A stretch of DNA of 61,495 bases, counting the filler, from Stramenopiles sp. TOSAG23-6 (Eukaryota), in NCBI GenBank assembly GCA_900128565.1. It is 11 parts of 11 records of this genome, joined end to end, with 100 filler letters (N's around TTAATTAATTAA, not from the genome) between each part and the next. Parts side by side here need not be neighbours in the genome. Positions count along the whole stretch, not along the records: positions 56,019 to 61,495 come from LT636900.1; 10 more parts are not named here. One strand, given 5' to 3'. Shown in pieces: positions 60,566-61,495 of the stretch (positions are counted from its first letter, which is position 1; every line of letters begins with the position of its first letter). The notes below the pieces were generated by a model. That model worked only from the letters and a program-made list of their open reading frames with translations, searched no databases and was not told the origin of the DNA. The position numbers were made by a program, and so were the translations under genes.

Positions 60566-61131
60566 ATTTATAAGTTTTGTGGCTTTTGTGACAGTCTGTA
60601 TATAGAGAGATATAAAGATATAGAATTCACACAAAGAAAGAAAAGATTCGATTTGTGATGAAAATCACCGGATCGAAAAATCACCGGATCGAATCGAAAA
60701 CAATTTTTTTGGACGATGGGAGAGATTTCGATGATTTCGTGCGGTGGCGACGTCCAAAAAAGGCTCGGTACCCGGGAATCAAAAAAAAAAAGTAACCGAT
60801 GAAAATGAAAAGATCTATTGAAACAATTTGTTTTATATAGGACTAACTTAGCGTCTACTACTACTAGTATACTTTATACTTGTATTAACAATTAACTACT
60901 GTATTTTAATTCAAATAATAAGAACAAAAGAATATTTTTCATTGTGGTCAATATCAATAAGGTAGTACAACAGTTCAAAAGTTAATCTAACATTTATTGT
61001 ACTTTGTGTATACATAGTGTAAAGTTTTCATTTCATTGATTCTTTCATTCAAATTTATCAAATCAGTTTTGAATAACTTTCATGCAGTGAATACGTCTCT
61101 AGTCTAACAAGTGATTCCTCAATTGAGTCTT

Positions 61132-61404
61132 ATGTCTGAATATATATCAACAGCATCAACAACATCAACAGCATCAACAACAATATGTTTACAAAGTTTG
61201 TTGAATGCAACAAAAAAACAAAACAATTTAGTCGTTATTGTTGAAAATGCATTAGCAGAATCAATTCAAAGTGAAAATGGTACAAAAAATGGTACAAACC
61301 TTTCAACAAAAGATTTTTACAGCCGTATTATACAAAAGTATCAAACATTGCATACAAATAATGATTTAGATGAATTAGAAGTGAAACGACGTCTCCAAAC
61401 AGAT
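61132..61404 (+). CDS. Hypothetical protein, first exon
   Basis: MSEYIST..RRLQTD ends at an introner donor. Confidence 0.5.
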
Positions 61405-61495
61405 GTATGTTTTTTTTTTTTTTTTTTGAAAATTTAAATTTTTTTTTTCGTACGAAATTTTGTACCTAACAATTTTTTTAGATTTTTTTTTGAAA
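61405..61495 (+). mobile_element. Introner truncated by window end
   Basis: GAT|GTATGT..CGTACGAAATTTTGTACCTAAC. Confidence 0.8.

Overview
AT-rich eukaryotic (protist-like, possibly stramenopile) draft genome or MAG. The window is eleven ~5.5 kb contigs joined by artificial 100-nt N/TTAATTAATTAA spacers, so neighbouring contigs are not real neighbours. Contigs 5628-11150 and 44852-50336 are near-identical alternative copies. Recognisable genes include AP-1/2 beta adaptin, CKS1, an OGT/SEC C-terminus, an SDR, CWF19L1, an MRH-domain protein, MAM33/C1QBP, RPS6, a MOK kinase, ORC6, ABCF2, a TTLL and ALG3. The main signal is a family of ~90-115 nt repeated introns (introner-like; about 37 distinct copies by manual count). 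They have U2-type donors (GTAYGT) and a branch-like TACCTAAC, but mostly non-canonical acceptors: of 26 copies with both ends visible, I read 20 GT-AT, 4 GT-AG, 1 GT-AA and 1 GT-TT. Removing them restores conserved protein motifs exactly. The acceptor dinucleotide usually equals the 2 nt before the donor, which suggests a 2-bp target-site duplication co-opted as the 3' splice site by a spliceosome with relaxed AG recognition. Other notable signals: (CCCTAA)2-3 telomere-like motifs scattered even inside coding exons, a structured RNA candidate in the RPS6 intron, and a GC-rich gene island.
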